A stretch of 64,000 nt of DNA from an uncultured Thiothrix sp. (GTDB lineage Bacteria; Pseudomonadota; Gammaproteobacteria; Thiotrichales; Thiotrichaceae), in assembly GCA_964617055.1 (NCBI GenBank), contig CAZTUZ010000002.1, positions 9,729 through 73,728 of the forward strand, in the 5' to 3' direction. Shown here piece by piece: positions 1-10,880 of this stretch (position 1 is the first letter of the stretch; every line of letters begins with the position of its first letter). A program made the translations under genes and the position numbers. The notes under the pieces were generated by a model. That model made no database searches and was not told the origin of the DNA. It saw only the letters and a program-made list of their open reading frames with translations.

Positions 1-8
1 TCCAAGCT

Positions 9-698
9 TTAATCAGCATCCAATAAATTGCGTAAACCCTGAATATTACTAATGTGCAGGGTTTTACCTTCTTTCTTAATCAGGCCTTCGCGATCTAATA
101 ACGTTAGTGTACGCGAAATACTTTCACGAGTTGTTCCTAATAAAATAGCCAAGTCATATTGTGTTGGCATATTTTTAATGTGAATCGTTTGGCTTGTTTC
201 CATGTGTGGTGGAACTTGCGCTAGTAAATAGGCTGCTAAACGATTCGAGATATTTTGTTGTTGTAATACCATGCGGTGCAGGTTGTTTTTCCGAATGATA
301 CCTGCCATGTTTTGCATAATGCGTTGTGAAACTAATGGTACGGTATAAATCAAGGTTTCTGCATCTTTAGGGGCAATTGATAAAACATCACAACCGCTCG
401 TGGCTTGTACTGCTGCAGAACGTGGGTAGCCATCAATCACTGCCAGCTCACCAAAGTGTGTTGGACCATCAATAATCGCCAATGCCACTTCCTGACCTTG
501 ACGGTTGGTGGCTAACATGCGTACTTGCCCATTAAGCAAGAAGAATAAACGGCGCGAAGTGTCATTCTCCTCAATAATGTAGTCACCTTTATTGGCATGT
601 TCAAAGCGACATACCTTAGCCAGTGATGCTAAAAAGCTTTCTGGTAAACCTGCGAGTAATGGTATTTGTCCAAGTAGTTTGACATGCACCGCCTTCAT
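9..698 (-). CDS. Crp/Fnr-family transcriptional regulator (cNMP-binding domain plus C-terminal HTH)
   Basis: 229 aa ORF. It has the cNMP-binding signature FGELAVIDGYPRSAAVQA and a C-terminal HTH (TQYDLAILLGTTRESISRTL). There is no N-terminal Cys cluster, so it is not a canonical Fnr. Confidence 0.8.
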   Translation of the reverse strand: MKAVHVKLLGQIPLLAGLPESFLASLAKVCRFEHANKGDYIIEENDTSRRLFFLLNGQVRMLATNRQGQEVALAIIDGPTHFGELAVIDGYPRSAAVQATSGCDVLSIAPKDAETLIYTVPLVSQRIMQNMAGIIRKNNLHRMVLQQQNISNRLAAYLLAQVPPHMETSQTIHIKNMPTQYDLAILLGTTRESISRTLTLLDREGLIKKEGKTLHISNIQGLRNLLDAD

Positions 699-921
699 TG
701 CACTTATTCTCCTCCGTTGATAGCCAAATGCAGCTACAAACCCTTAAGACTAGCATAGCTGACACATTCTTCGTGTGGATTTACGAAGTGTAATACGAAT
801 TTCTGAAAAATGTGGCGTTCGTGTGTGGTTTAATGTGTATGACCAAGGTTATCTCGCAAGCTGTTTTACCTTGCATTAGACTGCAAAGTTTTTAATATGA
901 TTTTGTTAAATAGCGTATGGA

Positions 922-1896
922 ATGGTGCATAACCAAATGTTAATTAAACAACTGAGTTGCCATTTTGGGCAATATTGTTGGGTCGCGGCTTGGACTTTGC
1001 TGTGTGGATGTATGGTGATGACACCCGTTTCAGCCGCGCCACGACTGACGATACAAGATTCGTTCGTGATTCCCGCGCAAACTGTTAATGGGGTAAAATT
1101 GAGCGAATTGTCGGGTCTGGCGTGGGATCAAGATGAGCAATTGCTCTACGCTATTTCTGATAAAGGGCGGTTGTTTCACTTTCGGCTACGGTTGAGTGGT
1201 AACCAGTTAGAAGATGTTTCCCCCGTTTATGCGGCGTATTTAACGGATGTCGCGGGTGAACCTGTGAAAAAAGGCCGCCGCGATGCGGAAGGTCTGACGG
1301 TGATGAATGCCAATAATGGCAAACGTGGTGATACGCAGTTGGTGATCTCATTGGAAGGCGAACCACGCCTGATTCGTTTCACACCACAAGGACAAGCGAT
1401 TAAAAACATTACATTGCCGGAAATTTTGCGCCCGTGGCGAGCTTACCGTTCGCCAAATCGCAGTTTGGAAGCGGTGACATTTCATCCACGTTATGGGTTT
1501 CTGACCGCACCTGAATTGCCGTTACGCGCTCAATCAAACAACATGCACACCGTTTATGCAATGTCGGGAAAGCGTTGGTCGTTTCCCGTGTATCCTGAAG
1601 CGAAAAGCGGGATTAGTGCGATGGAGGCTTTGACCGACGGGAATTTGTTGGTCATGGAACGCGCATGGTCGGGAATGCTGAGTCCGCTGGTGGTCAGTTT
1701 GCGTTATGTGGATTTACAACACTGTTCGCCGTCAGGGGAGTGCCCTGTTACGGACTTACGGGTTATTTCCACTCATCTTTTTATTGATAACTACGAAGGC
1801 CTGACCCATATTAAAGGCAATCAGTATTTGATGGTCAGTGATGATGGCGATGAAAGTTTGTTGAATACCACGTTGACCTTGTTCACGTTAGATTGA
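922..1896 (+). CDS. secreted protein, phytase-like esterase family (tentative)
   Basis: 324 aa ORF with a hydrophobic N-terminal signal-like region (...MVMTPVSAAPR). SGLAWDQDEQLLYAISDKG and later repeats resemble the beta-propeller 'esterase-like activity of phytase' family. The family assignment is from memory. Confidence 0.45.
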   Translation: MVHNQMLIKQLSCHFGQYCWVAAWTLLCGCMVMTPVSAAPRLTIQDSFVIPAQTVNGVKLSELSGLAWDQDEQLLYAISDKGRLFHFRLRLSGNQLEDVSPVYAAYLTDVAGEPVKKGRRDAEGLTVMNANNGKRGDTQLVISLEGEPRLIRFTPQGQAIKNITLPEILRPWRAYRSPNRSLEAVTFHPRYGFLTAPELPLRAQSNNMHTVYAMSGKRWSFPVYPEAKSGISAMEALTDGNLLVMERAWSGMLSPLVVSLRYVDLQHCSPSGECPVTDLRVISTHLFIDNYEGLTHIKGNQYLMVSDDGDESLLNTTLTLFTLD

Positions 1897-1920
1897 ATTT
1901 TTCGCATGGAGTAGTTTGGT

Positions 1921-3033
1921 ATGGGTGCGAATCGAAGCCTAAAACAGTGGTGGTTAGTTGGTGTTTTATTGTCATTAGTGGTGGTGTGGTCGTCGTGGTC
2001 TGCTAATGCCAAAAGCACTATTGAACCGCGAGCCGTTAGCAGTCGCGGTGGGCTAACCGATGATGAACAAAGCACGATTCGCGTGTTTGAAAACAATAGC
2101 CCATCGGTAGTTTTTATTACCACAGTTGAGCGGGTGTTGGATGTGTGGACACGCAATGTCAGCGAAGTACCCAGTGGCACAGGCAGCGGTTTCTTATGGG
2201 ATGAGGAAGGGCATATTGTCACTAATAACCACGTTGTCGAAGGGCATCGTACTGCGAAAGTACGTTTATCCGACCAGCAAACCTTTGATGCTGTGGTGGT
2301 TGGCACAAGCCCCGAACACGATTTAGCGGTTTTAAAATTACAAAGCGTCAAAGACATACCACAACCCGTGCAAATTGGCAGTAGCAATGACCTCAAAGTC
2401 GGGCAAAAAGTTTTAGCGATTGGTAATCCGTTTGGTTTGGATCATACGCTAACCTCCGGCATTATTTCCGCGCTAAATCGTAGTATCGATGGCGAAAACG
2501 GTAAGGGGATGGAAGGTCTTATCCAAACCGATGCGGCGATTAACCCAGGTAATTCCGGCGGCCCATTATTGGATAGTGCAGGGCGTTTAATCGGCGTGAA
2601 TGTCGCTATTTACAGCCCATCGGGTGCATCAGCAGGGATTGGGTTTGCCATTCCCGTGGATACAGTGAATCGTGTTGTGCCGCGTTTAATCAAAGATGGG
2701 CGTTATACTCGCCCCGTATTGGGTGTAACGTCTGAAGATTCGGTCAGCCAACGCATTACCGAAAAGCTTGGTACGTTTGGTTTATTAGTCTTGAAAGTGT
2801 CATCCCGTTCGCCTGCCGAACAAGCGGGTTTGCGTGGCACACAAATCACGCCTAATGGGGAGTTAATCTTAGGGGATATTATTCAAAGCATTGATGGCAA
2901 GGAAATTCGTTCAGTCGACGATTTATCATCGGTACTAGACGCATACCCCGCTAACAGCACCGTTCGCATTCACCTGCTGCGCGATGGCAAAACCGCTGTA
3001 GATTTAACTGTCGAACTCAGTTTGTTGCGGTGA
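1921..3033 (+). CDS. S1C (DegP/HtrA-like) serine protease with one PDZ domain
   Basis: 370 aa with a signal/TM region. Catalytic motifs present are TNNHVV (His), DLAVLK (Asp) and GNSGGPLL (Ser). The C-terminal PDZ-like region is LVLKVSSRSPAEQAGLR...GDIIQSIDG. Confidence 0.85.
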   Translation: MGANRSLKQWWLVGVLLSLVVVWSSWSANAKSTIEPRAVSSRGGLTDDEQSTIRVFENNSPSVVFITTVERVLDVWTRNVSEVPSGTGSGFLWDEEGHIVTNNHVVEGHRTAKVRLSDQQTFDAVVVGTSPEHDLAVLKLQSVKDIPQPVQIGSSNDLKVGQKVLAIGNPFGLDHTLTSGIISALNRSIDGENGKGMEGLIQTDAAINPGNSGGPLLDSAGRLIGVNVAIYSPSGASAGIGFAIPVDTVNRVVPRLIKDGRYTRPVLGVTSEDSVSQRITEKLGTFGLLVLKVSSRSPAEQAGLRGTQITPNGELILGDIIQSIDGKEIRSVDDLSSVLDAYPANSTVRIHLLRDGKTAVDLTVELSLLR

Positions 3034-3042
3034 TGTGTGAGC

Positions 3043-3075
3043 AGATGCTCTCTCCAGTTAAGGTAGAGAGCATCT
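3043..3075. terminator. bidirectional hairpin between convergent protease gene and thiC
   Basis: Perfect 11-bp stem: agatgctctct (3043-3053) pairs with agagagcatct (3065-3075), with an 11-nt loop. It lies between two convergent stop codons. Confidence 0.55.
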
Positions 3076-3091
3076 CAGTGCCAACGCGACG

Positions 3092-4987
<1,896 letters not shown>

Positions 4988-5364
4988 TCACTCGGCTCTA
5001 CTATTAGCGGTCGATTACTGTAACAGATTCAGTAACACGCAGGTATAACTCGTCGTTTTGGTACTGAAATAGGGAGGCGAACATAGGGGGTATTGCGTAA
5101 TTTGTCTATACTCTGAGGAAAAAACAGGGATGATAACACTATGATAAAATGGTTGTTTACGCGATTAGTAGATATTTTAATCGTATTTTTGTTGGTGACG
5201 TTACTGTTGTGGTATGGCGCATCGCGTTACCCACAGTTTTTTCCGTCACCATTTTTCAGTTATTGGCAAGTGGCAAAGCCCCATACAGCAGTCTTGAATC
5301 CAGCTTCGACACCTTAACATCTCTAGGTGCAAGCCTGAGCGTAATCTGCTATTGTTGCGCCCCT

Positions 5365-5708
<344 letters not shown>

Positions 5709-5884
5709 TTTTCCTTTTACTACGACGTTAAAATTAAAATATCGCATGGTTTTACACGAGCGTAGAATACTATTTTTGATCCTACCCCAATGTTTTGAAT
5801 GAAAATTAATATACTTCAACCGTGATTTTGAATAGGGTAAAGGATTAAGTAATTGTCATATAACGCTATTTATTGATTAATTTA

Positions 5885-5914
5885 TTGACACTCTCCTATT
5901 GGTCTGCCTATATT
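5885..5914 (+). promoter_or_regulatory. candidate sigma70 promoter for the dcw cluster
   Basis: TTGACA (5885-5890), 18-nt spacer, TATATT (5909-5914), in the AT-rich stretch between rnpB and rsmH. Confidence 0.4.
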
Positions 5915-5922
5915 TCGATGGC

Positions 5923-5952
5923 AGTGGAAAAAAATAGGAAAAAGTGGGAAAA
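5923..5952 (+). promoter_or_regulatory. three 10-bp phased direct repeats (AGTGGAAAAA / AATAGGAAAA / AGTGGGAAAA), MraZ-box-like
   Basis: Read directly. The exact 10-bp register starts 9 nt downstream of the candidate -10 element. The repeats resemble the GTGGG-N5 repeats bound by E. coli MraZ. Phased A-tracts would also bend DNA. Confidence 0.35.
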
Positions 5953-5967
5953 TTTCCCAATAAATGC

Positions 5968-6189
5968 CTGTTAGGACATGCGACGTATGTCGAGCTGGAT
6001 GCAGTGTTATTACCCGCCCCTTTGTGCGATTACGCTGGTTTAGATAAACAAATGTATTAACCGGGCAAATTAACAAACTCGAATTATGGGATGCCGATAC
6101 TTGGAATACAGCGCGGGCGACAGACACGGTTGCAGACGGCGCACGAAGATGAGGCAGTCGATGATCTACTCAATCAGGTTTCCCTGTAA
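5968..6189 (+). pseudogene. mraZ: mraZ remnant (C-terminal domain only, two frameshifts)
   Basis: Hand translation gives three pieces. 5968-6057 reads LLGHATYVELDAVLLPAPLCDYAGLDKQMY*. 6054-6149 (shifted frame) reads VLTGQINKLELWDADTWNTARATDTVADGARR*. 6142-6186 reads [15 protein letters not shown], with TAA at 6187-6189 overlapping the rsmH ATG. There is no intact ORF. Confidence 0.6.
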
Positions 6190-7124
6190 TGGCAATAAAC
6201 GACTGGAAACACGACACAGTTCTCTTACATGAGGCTGTTGATGCTTTAAATATTCAGCCCTCTGGCGTTTACGTCGATGGTACTTATGGACGGGGTGGTC
6301 ATTCTGCATTGATTTTAGGTCAGTTGGGAATGCAGGGACATCTCGTCGTCACGGATAAAGATCCAACCGCGATTGCCCATGCGCGTGCGCAATACGCACA
6401 GGATGCGCGTGTGCATGTGTGGCACGGTTCTTTTTGTGAATTTCCTGAGGCATTAGCCGCTGCAAATCTGGGTAAACTGGATGGTTTACTGTTGGATTTG
6501 GGGGTTTCTTCGCCACAATTGGATGATGCAGAACGCGGCTTTAGTTTCATGCGTGATGGTCCTTTGGATATGCGCATGAATACAGCAGCAGGCGATAGCG
6601 CGGCGCAATGGTTGGCGCGTGCTTCCGAAACGGAAATCGCTGATGTGTTGTGGCGTTATGGTGAGGAGAAATTCTCACGGCAAATTGCGCGGAGAATCGT
6701 GGCAGTGCGTGGGCAAGTCCCTTTGCAGACCACTTTGCAATTGGCGGATTTAATTGCTGATGTGGTGCGCAAACGTGAAGTGGGTAAGCATCCCGCGACG
6801 CGCAGTTTTCAGGCAATTCGTATTAAAGTAAACCGTGAATTAGACGATGTTGAGCAGTGCTTACAGCAAGCGGTTGCACGTCTGGCGGTCGGTGGACGTT
6901 TGGTGGTGATTAGCTTCCACTCGTTGGAAGACCGTATCGTCAAACATTATCTGCGTGAAGTGTCTACACCACCCGTATTGCCTAAAGGTTTGCCCGTGAT
7001 GCCAGCACAGATTCAACCACCTATGCGTTTGCTGGGGAAGGCCGTGCGTGCTAGTGACTCGGAAGTGGCGGCGAATGTGCGTTCGCGAAGTGCGATTATG
7101 CGCATTGCGGAGCGTGTTACATGA
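6189..7124 (+). CDS. rsmH: 16S rRNA (cytosine1402-N4)-methyltransferase RsmH (MraW)
   Basis: 311 aa. Motifs [21 protein letters not shown] and [11 protein letters not shown] are present. It is the first intact gene of the dcw cluster. Confidence 0.95.
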   Translation: MAINDWKHDTVLLHEAVDALNIQPSGVYVDGTYGRGGHSALILGQLGMQGHLVVTDKDPTAIAHARAQYAQDARVHVWHGSFCEFPEALAAANLGKLDGLLLDLGVSSPQLDDAERGFSFMRDGPLDMRMNTAAGDSAAQWLARASETEIADVLWRYGEEKFSRQIARRIVAVRGQVPLQTTLQLADLIADVVRKREVGKHPATRSFQAIRIKVNRELDDVEQCLQQAVARLAVGGRLVVISFHSLEDRIVKHYLREVSTPPVLPKGLPVMPAQIQPPMRLLGKAVRASDSEVAANVRSRSAIMRIAERVT

Positions 7125-7393
7125 GCCGTTGGCAAGTGCTAGGCTTATTGATTCTTTACCTGATGGTGTTGGGATTAGCCTTGTTGGTGGTGCATAACCG
7201 TCACCATGCACGTCAGTTGTTTGCTGAAATTCAAGAGCTGGAAAAAGAACGCGACGAAAAAAGCGCGGATTGGAGTCGGCTGAAGCTGGAACAAAGCGCA
7301 CGTCTTAGCCAGATTTTAGTGGAGTCACGCGCTAAACAGGAATTGGGTATGCAGAAACCTTCCGCAGATAATATCAAGGTTATACGCGAGTGA
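7121..7393 (+). CDS. ftsL: cell division protein FtsL
   Basis: 90 aa with a single TM followed by a coiled coil. Position is between rsmH and ftsI, with ATGA/GTGA overlaps to both neighbours. Confidence 0.8.
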   Translation: MSRWQVLGLLILYLMVLGLALLVVHNRHHARQLFAEIQELEKERDEKSADWSRLKLEQSARLSQILVESRAKQELGMQKPSADNIKVIRE

Positions 7394-9324
7394 AACGTCG
7401 GCAACTAACATCCCCCATCTTTCAAGGCAGACGTTTATTTTTGCTGGTGACATTGCTGGTACTCATCGGCGTTTTGTTGTTGCGAGCGGTTTGGTTAGAG
7501 GTATTTCAACAACAATGGCTGCAACAACAAGCGGATAAACGACAGATTCGTGTCGTGACCGTGCCCGCGTATCGCGGCATGATTTTGGATCGTAATGGCG
7601 ATCCTATGGCGATTAGTTCGCCTGTGGCATCGTTATGGTGTAATCCGCAAGATTTGCTCAAAGCGCGTGAAGAATTACGCCATCGTGCCGCACTCGCGCC
7701 CGATTCCCCCAAAACAGATGATAAAGACGAAAAGAAAACCGCTAACAATGAACCTGTATTGGATCATGAACAGGTGGTGAAGAATTATGCGCAACTGGAG
7801 TCAGGTTTAAAGCACATTGAGGAAGAGTTGGGCTTAAAAGACGGTGAATTGATTGAGCGTTTGGAAAAAGCCAGCGATAAACAGTTTTTTTACCTTGGAC
7901 GGCAATTACCACTCGAAGTGGCGGACGAAATCCTAGCCTTGGATTTACCCGGGGTGACTGTGACTCGCGAATACCGTCGTTATTACCCAATGGCAGAAAC
8001 CGCAGGGCATGTTGTCGGCATGACCAATATCGATGGCAATGGTATTGAGGGGATCGAAAAAGCTCGCAATGACACTTTAGCAGGTAAAAACGGTAAAACG
8101 CGTGTGATTCGGGATGCCAAAGGTAAATTGGTTGAAAGCGTGGTGCGCGTGGAGGAAATGCAACCTGGGCAGGATGTGCAACTCAGTATTGATCGTCGGA
8201 TTCAATACCTCGCTTACAAAGAACTCAAGACGCGTGTGTATGAACTGAATGCCAAAGCAGGCTCAGCGGTTGTGCTAGATGCCTACACAGGGGAAATCTT
8301 GGCAATGGCGAATGTCCCCTCATTTAACCCCAACAACCGCAAAGATATTGATGCAACATTGTACCGCAATCGTGCAGTAACGGATAAATCCGAGCCTGGC
8401 TCAACCTTAAAACCTTTAACCATCGCCGCAGCGTTGGAGGCACGGGCGTTAGGGGCAGATGTGGAGATCAACACATCCCCTGGGCAGATTAATTTCGGCA
8501 AGTATGTGGTGAAAGACCCTAAAGATTACGGTTCAATCAGTTTAGCTACCATTCTGGCCAAATCCAGTAACGTGGGGGCGAGCCGTGTGGCGTTGCTCAT
8601 GAGTGCGCGTGATCAGTGGATGTTTTTGAACCGCGTGGGGTTTGGGCGTGTGCCAGATGCTGGTTTTTCTGGGGAAACAGCAGGACAACTAACAAACTAC
8701 ACCACTTGGGGCAAGGTGGATCGTGCATCACATGGTTACGGATACGGTTTATCTGCCAGCCTGCTACAAATCACCCACGCTTATGCTGCACTGGCTGCAA
8801 ATGGTATGTCTGTACCCGCCACGATTTACAAGCTTGATAAACCCATCATTGGGCAACATGTGATGAGTGCCGATAATGCGCGTGCGGTGGTGCGTATGAT
8901 GGAAGCTGTTGTACAAAAAGGCGGTACGGGTGAAAAAGCAATGGTAGAAGGGTATCGCGTAGCGGGTAAAACCGGAACAGCGTACAAGTATATCGATAAT
9001 GCCTACCGTAATGACCGTTACCTAACCAGCTTTATCGGTGTTGCCCCTGCAAGCCGTCCGCGTTTAGTGGTCGCAGTGCAAATTGATGAACCTAAAATTG
9101 ATGACAGTGGTAGTCGTGCTGCTGCCCCCGTGTTTGCCAAAATCATGGGTGAAGCTTTGCGGCTGCTGGATATTCCACCTGACAACTTACCCGATGTGAA
9201 AACCGTGCAACAGCAACCATCAAATACAATAACGGTAAACGAACGTGCTGAAACTTTGCCCGCAACCAATGCGCCGCCTGCTAACCCAGCGGTAGTACCT
9301 GCAAAGGGAGGGGCTGTGGAATGA
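7390..9324 (+). CDS. ftsI: peptidoglycan D,D-transpeptidase FtsI (PBP3)
   Basis: 644 aa with a GTG start overlapping the ftsL stop. Motifs STLKP (SxxK), SSN and KTGT are present. It carries an extra acidic insert and a Pro/Ala-rich C-terminal tail. Confidence 0.95.
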   Translation: MKRRQLTSPIFQGRRLFLLVTLLVLIGVLLLRAVWLEVFQQQWLQQQADKRQIRVVTVPAYRGMILDRNGDPMAISSPVASLWCNPQDLLKAREELRHRAALAPDSPKTDDKDEKKTANNEPVLDHEQVVKNYAQLESGLKHIEEELGLKDGELIERLEKASDKQFFYLGRQLPLEVADEILALDLPGVTVTREYRRYYPMAETAGHVVGMTNIDGNGIEGIEKARNDTLAGKNGKTRVIRDAKGKLVESVVRVEEMQPGQDVQLSIDRRIQYLAYKELKTRVYELNAKAGSAVVLDAYTGEILAMANVPSFNPNNRKDIDATLYRNRAVTDKSEPGSTLKPLTIAAALEARALGADVEINTSPGQINFGKYVVKDPKDYGSISLATILAKSSNVGASRVALLMSARDQWMFLNRVGFGRVPDAGFSGETAGQLTNYTTWGKVDRASHGYGYGLSASLLQITHAYAALAANGMSVPATIYKLDKPIIGQHVMSADNARAVVRMMEAVVQKGGTGEKAMVEGYRVAGKTGTAYKYIDNAYRNDRYLTSFIGVAPASRPRLVVAVQIDEPKIDDSGSRAAAPVFAKIMGEALRLLDIPPDNLPDVKTVQQQPSNTITVNERAETLPATNAPPANPAVVPAKGGAVE

Positions 9325-10880
9325 TGCCTTTGCGTGACTTATTGGCGGGTGTCATGGCCGAAACAGTGGCTGTGCCAGACGTAACAATCACAGGTTTAAC
9401 TTTGGATAACCGTAAAGTGCGTATGGGCATGGCATTTATCGCCCTGCAAGGCACGCGTCAGCACGGTTTGACTTATGCAGCAGCGGCTGTGGAAGCAGGG
9501 GCGGCGGTGGGGTTATATGACCCCGTTGGCGTTTCCCCTAATGAGTTGCCACCACCACCGTTTCCGGTTGCGTGCTTGCCAGTGCCGCAATTACGCGAGT
9601 TATTGGGCGTGCTTGCCGACCGTTTTAACGCTGCTCCTAGTGAAGATTTATTCATGGTTGGGGTAACAGGGACGGACGGTAAAACTTCAGTCACGCATTT
9701 CATTGCTGAGGCGTTAAATGCCAAGCTGGATACCGATACGACCAAGGTGACAGCAGGTGTGATAGGCACGCTAGGCATTGGTTGTCCTGGGCAATTAGCT
9801 CCAGCGACGCACACCACGCCAGATGCGTTGACGGTGCATAGCGTATTGCGTGATTTGCATCAGCAAGGTTTACACAGTGTCGCGATGGAAGTGTCTTCAC
9901 ATGCCCTGGATCAGGGGCGGGTGAATGGCATTCGTTTTGATGTGGCGGTATTGACCAATTTAACCCGCGACCATTTGGATTATCACGGCACGGTGGAAGC
10001 GTATGCCGATGCCAAACGGCGTTTATTCCATTGGCAAGGGTTACGCGCTGTGGTGTTAAACCTTGATGATGCGTTCGGGCAGCAATTAGCCAAGGAAGTG
10101 GCAGAATCTGCACCAGATGTTCAAATCATTGGTTATGGTGTCGGCGACCCTGCTGTTTACCCCGCCGATACTTTGGTGGCAACGCAGGAGGTGTTTGATC
10201 ATAGCGGGATTCAGGCACAGATCATGAGTCCGTGGGGAACAGGAACGCTACAAGCTCCCGTATTGGGGCAGTTCAATCTACATAATTTGTTAGCCGCGTT
10301 AGGTGTACTGGTGGCAAAAGGCATTGCTCTACCAGAAGCGTTGCAACGCTTACAACAAGTTTGGGTGGTATCGGGACGTATGGAGCGTGTTACGGTTGCA
10401 AATTTAGCCGTTCAGTCAGGTGGGAATCATGCAAATGACGCTAAATTAGTGGTCGTGGATTACGCACATACACCCGCAGCACTGGCACAAGTATTGAAAG
10501 CCGTGCGCGTACACACGCGCGGACGACTGTTCTGTGTGTTCGGCTGTGGCGGGGATCGGGATCGCGGTAAACGCCCGATCATGGCGCAAACAGCGGAAAC
10601 AGCAGCCGATGTGGTAATTGTAACGGCGGATAATCCACGCACCGAACATCCACAACAAATATTCGAGGATATTATGCAGGGCTTTCACCATCCAAGTGCC
10701 GTCACGCTCGAACCTGACCGCGCTACTGCCATTCGTTATGCCATTTCCCAAGCGCAACCCAATGATACGGTATTAATTGCCGGAAAAGGGCATGAAACTG
10801 TGCAAATTCTGGCGACAGGTACGATTCCCTTTGATGATCGCGTGCAAGCTGCACAAGCGTTACAGGAGTGTGGCGCATGA
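9321..10880 (+). CDS. murE: UDP-N-acetylmuramoyl-L-alanyl-D-glutamate--2,6-diaminopimelate ligase
   Basis: 519 aa. The Mur ligase P-loop GVTGTDGKTS and the DNPR motif (TADNPRTE) are present. Position in the dcw cluster fits. Confidence 0.95.
   Translation: MMPLRDLLAGVMAETVAVPDVTITGLTLDNRKVRMGMAFIALQGTRQHGLTYAAAAVEAGAAVGLYDPVGVSPNELPPPPFPVACLPVPQLRELLGVLADRFNAAPSEDLFMVGVTGTDGKTSVTHFIAEALNAKLDTDTTKVTAGVIGTLGIGCPGQLAPATHTTPDALTVHSVLRDLHQQGLHSVAMEVSSHALDQGRVNGIRFDVAVLTNLTRDHLDYHGTVEAYADAKRRLFHWQGLRAVVLNLDDAFGQQLAKEVAESAPDVQIIGYGVGDPAVYPADTLVATQEVFDHSGIQAQIMSPWGTGTLQAPVLGQFNLHNLLAALGVLVAKGIALPEALQRLQQVWVVSGRMERVTVANLAVQSGGNHANDAKLVVVDYAHTPAALAQVLKAVRVHTRGRLFCVFGCGGDRDRGKRPIMAQTAETAADVVIVTADNPRTEHPQQIFEDIMQGFHHPSAVTLEPDRATAIRYAISQAQPNDTVLIAGKGHETVQILATGTIPFDDRVQAAQALQECGA

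Noticed and set aside
5882-6127. 81-aa ORF antisense to the mraZ remnant
   Set aside because: It has no SD and odd composition, and it lies opposite a region with clear (though broken) MraZ similarity on the other strand.
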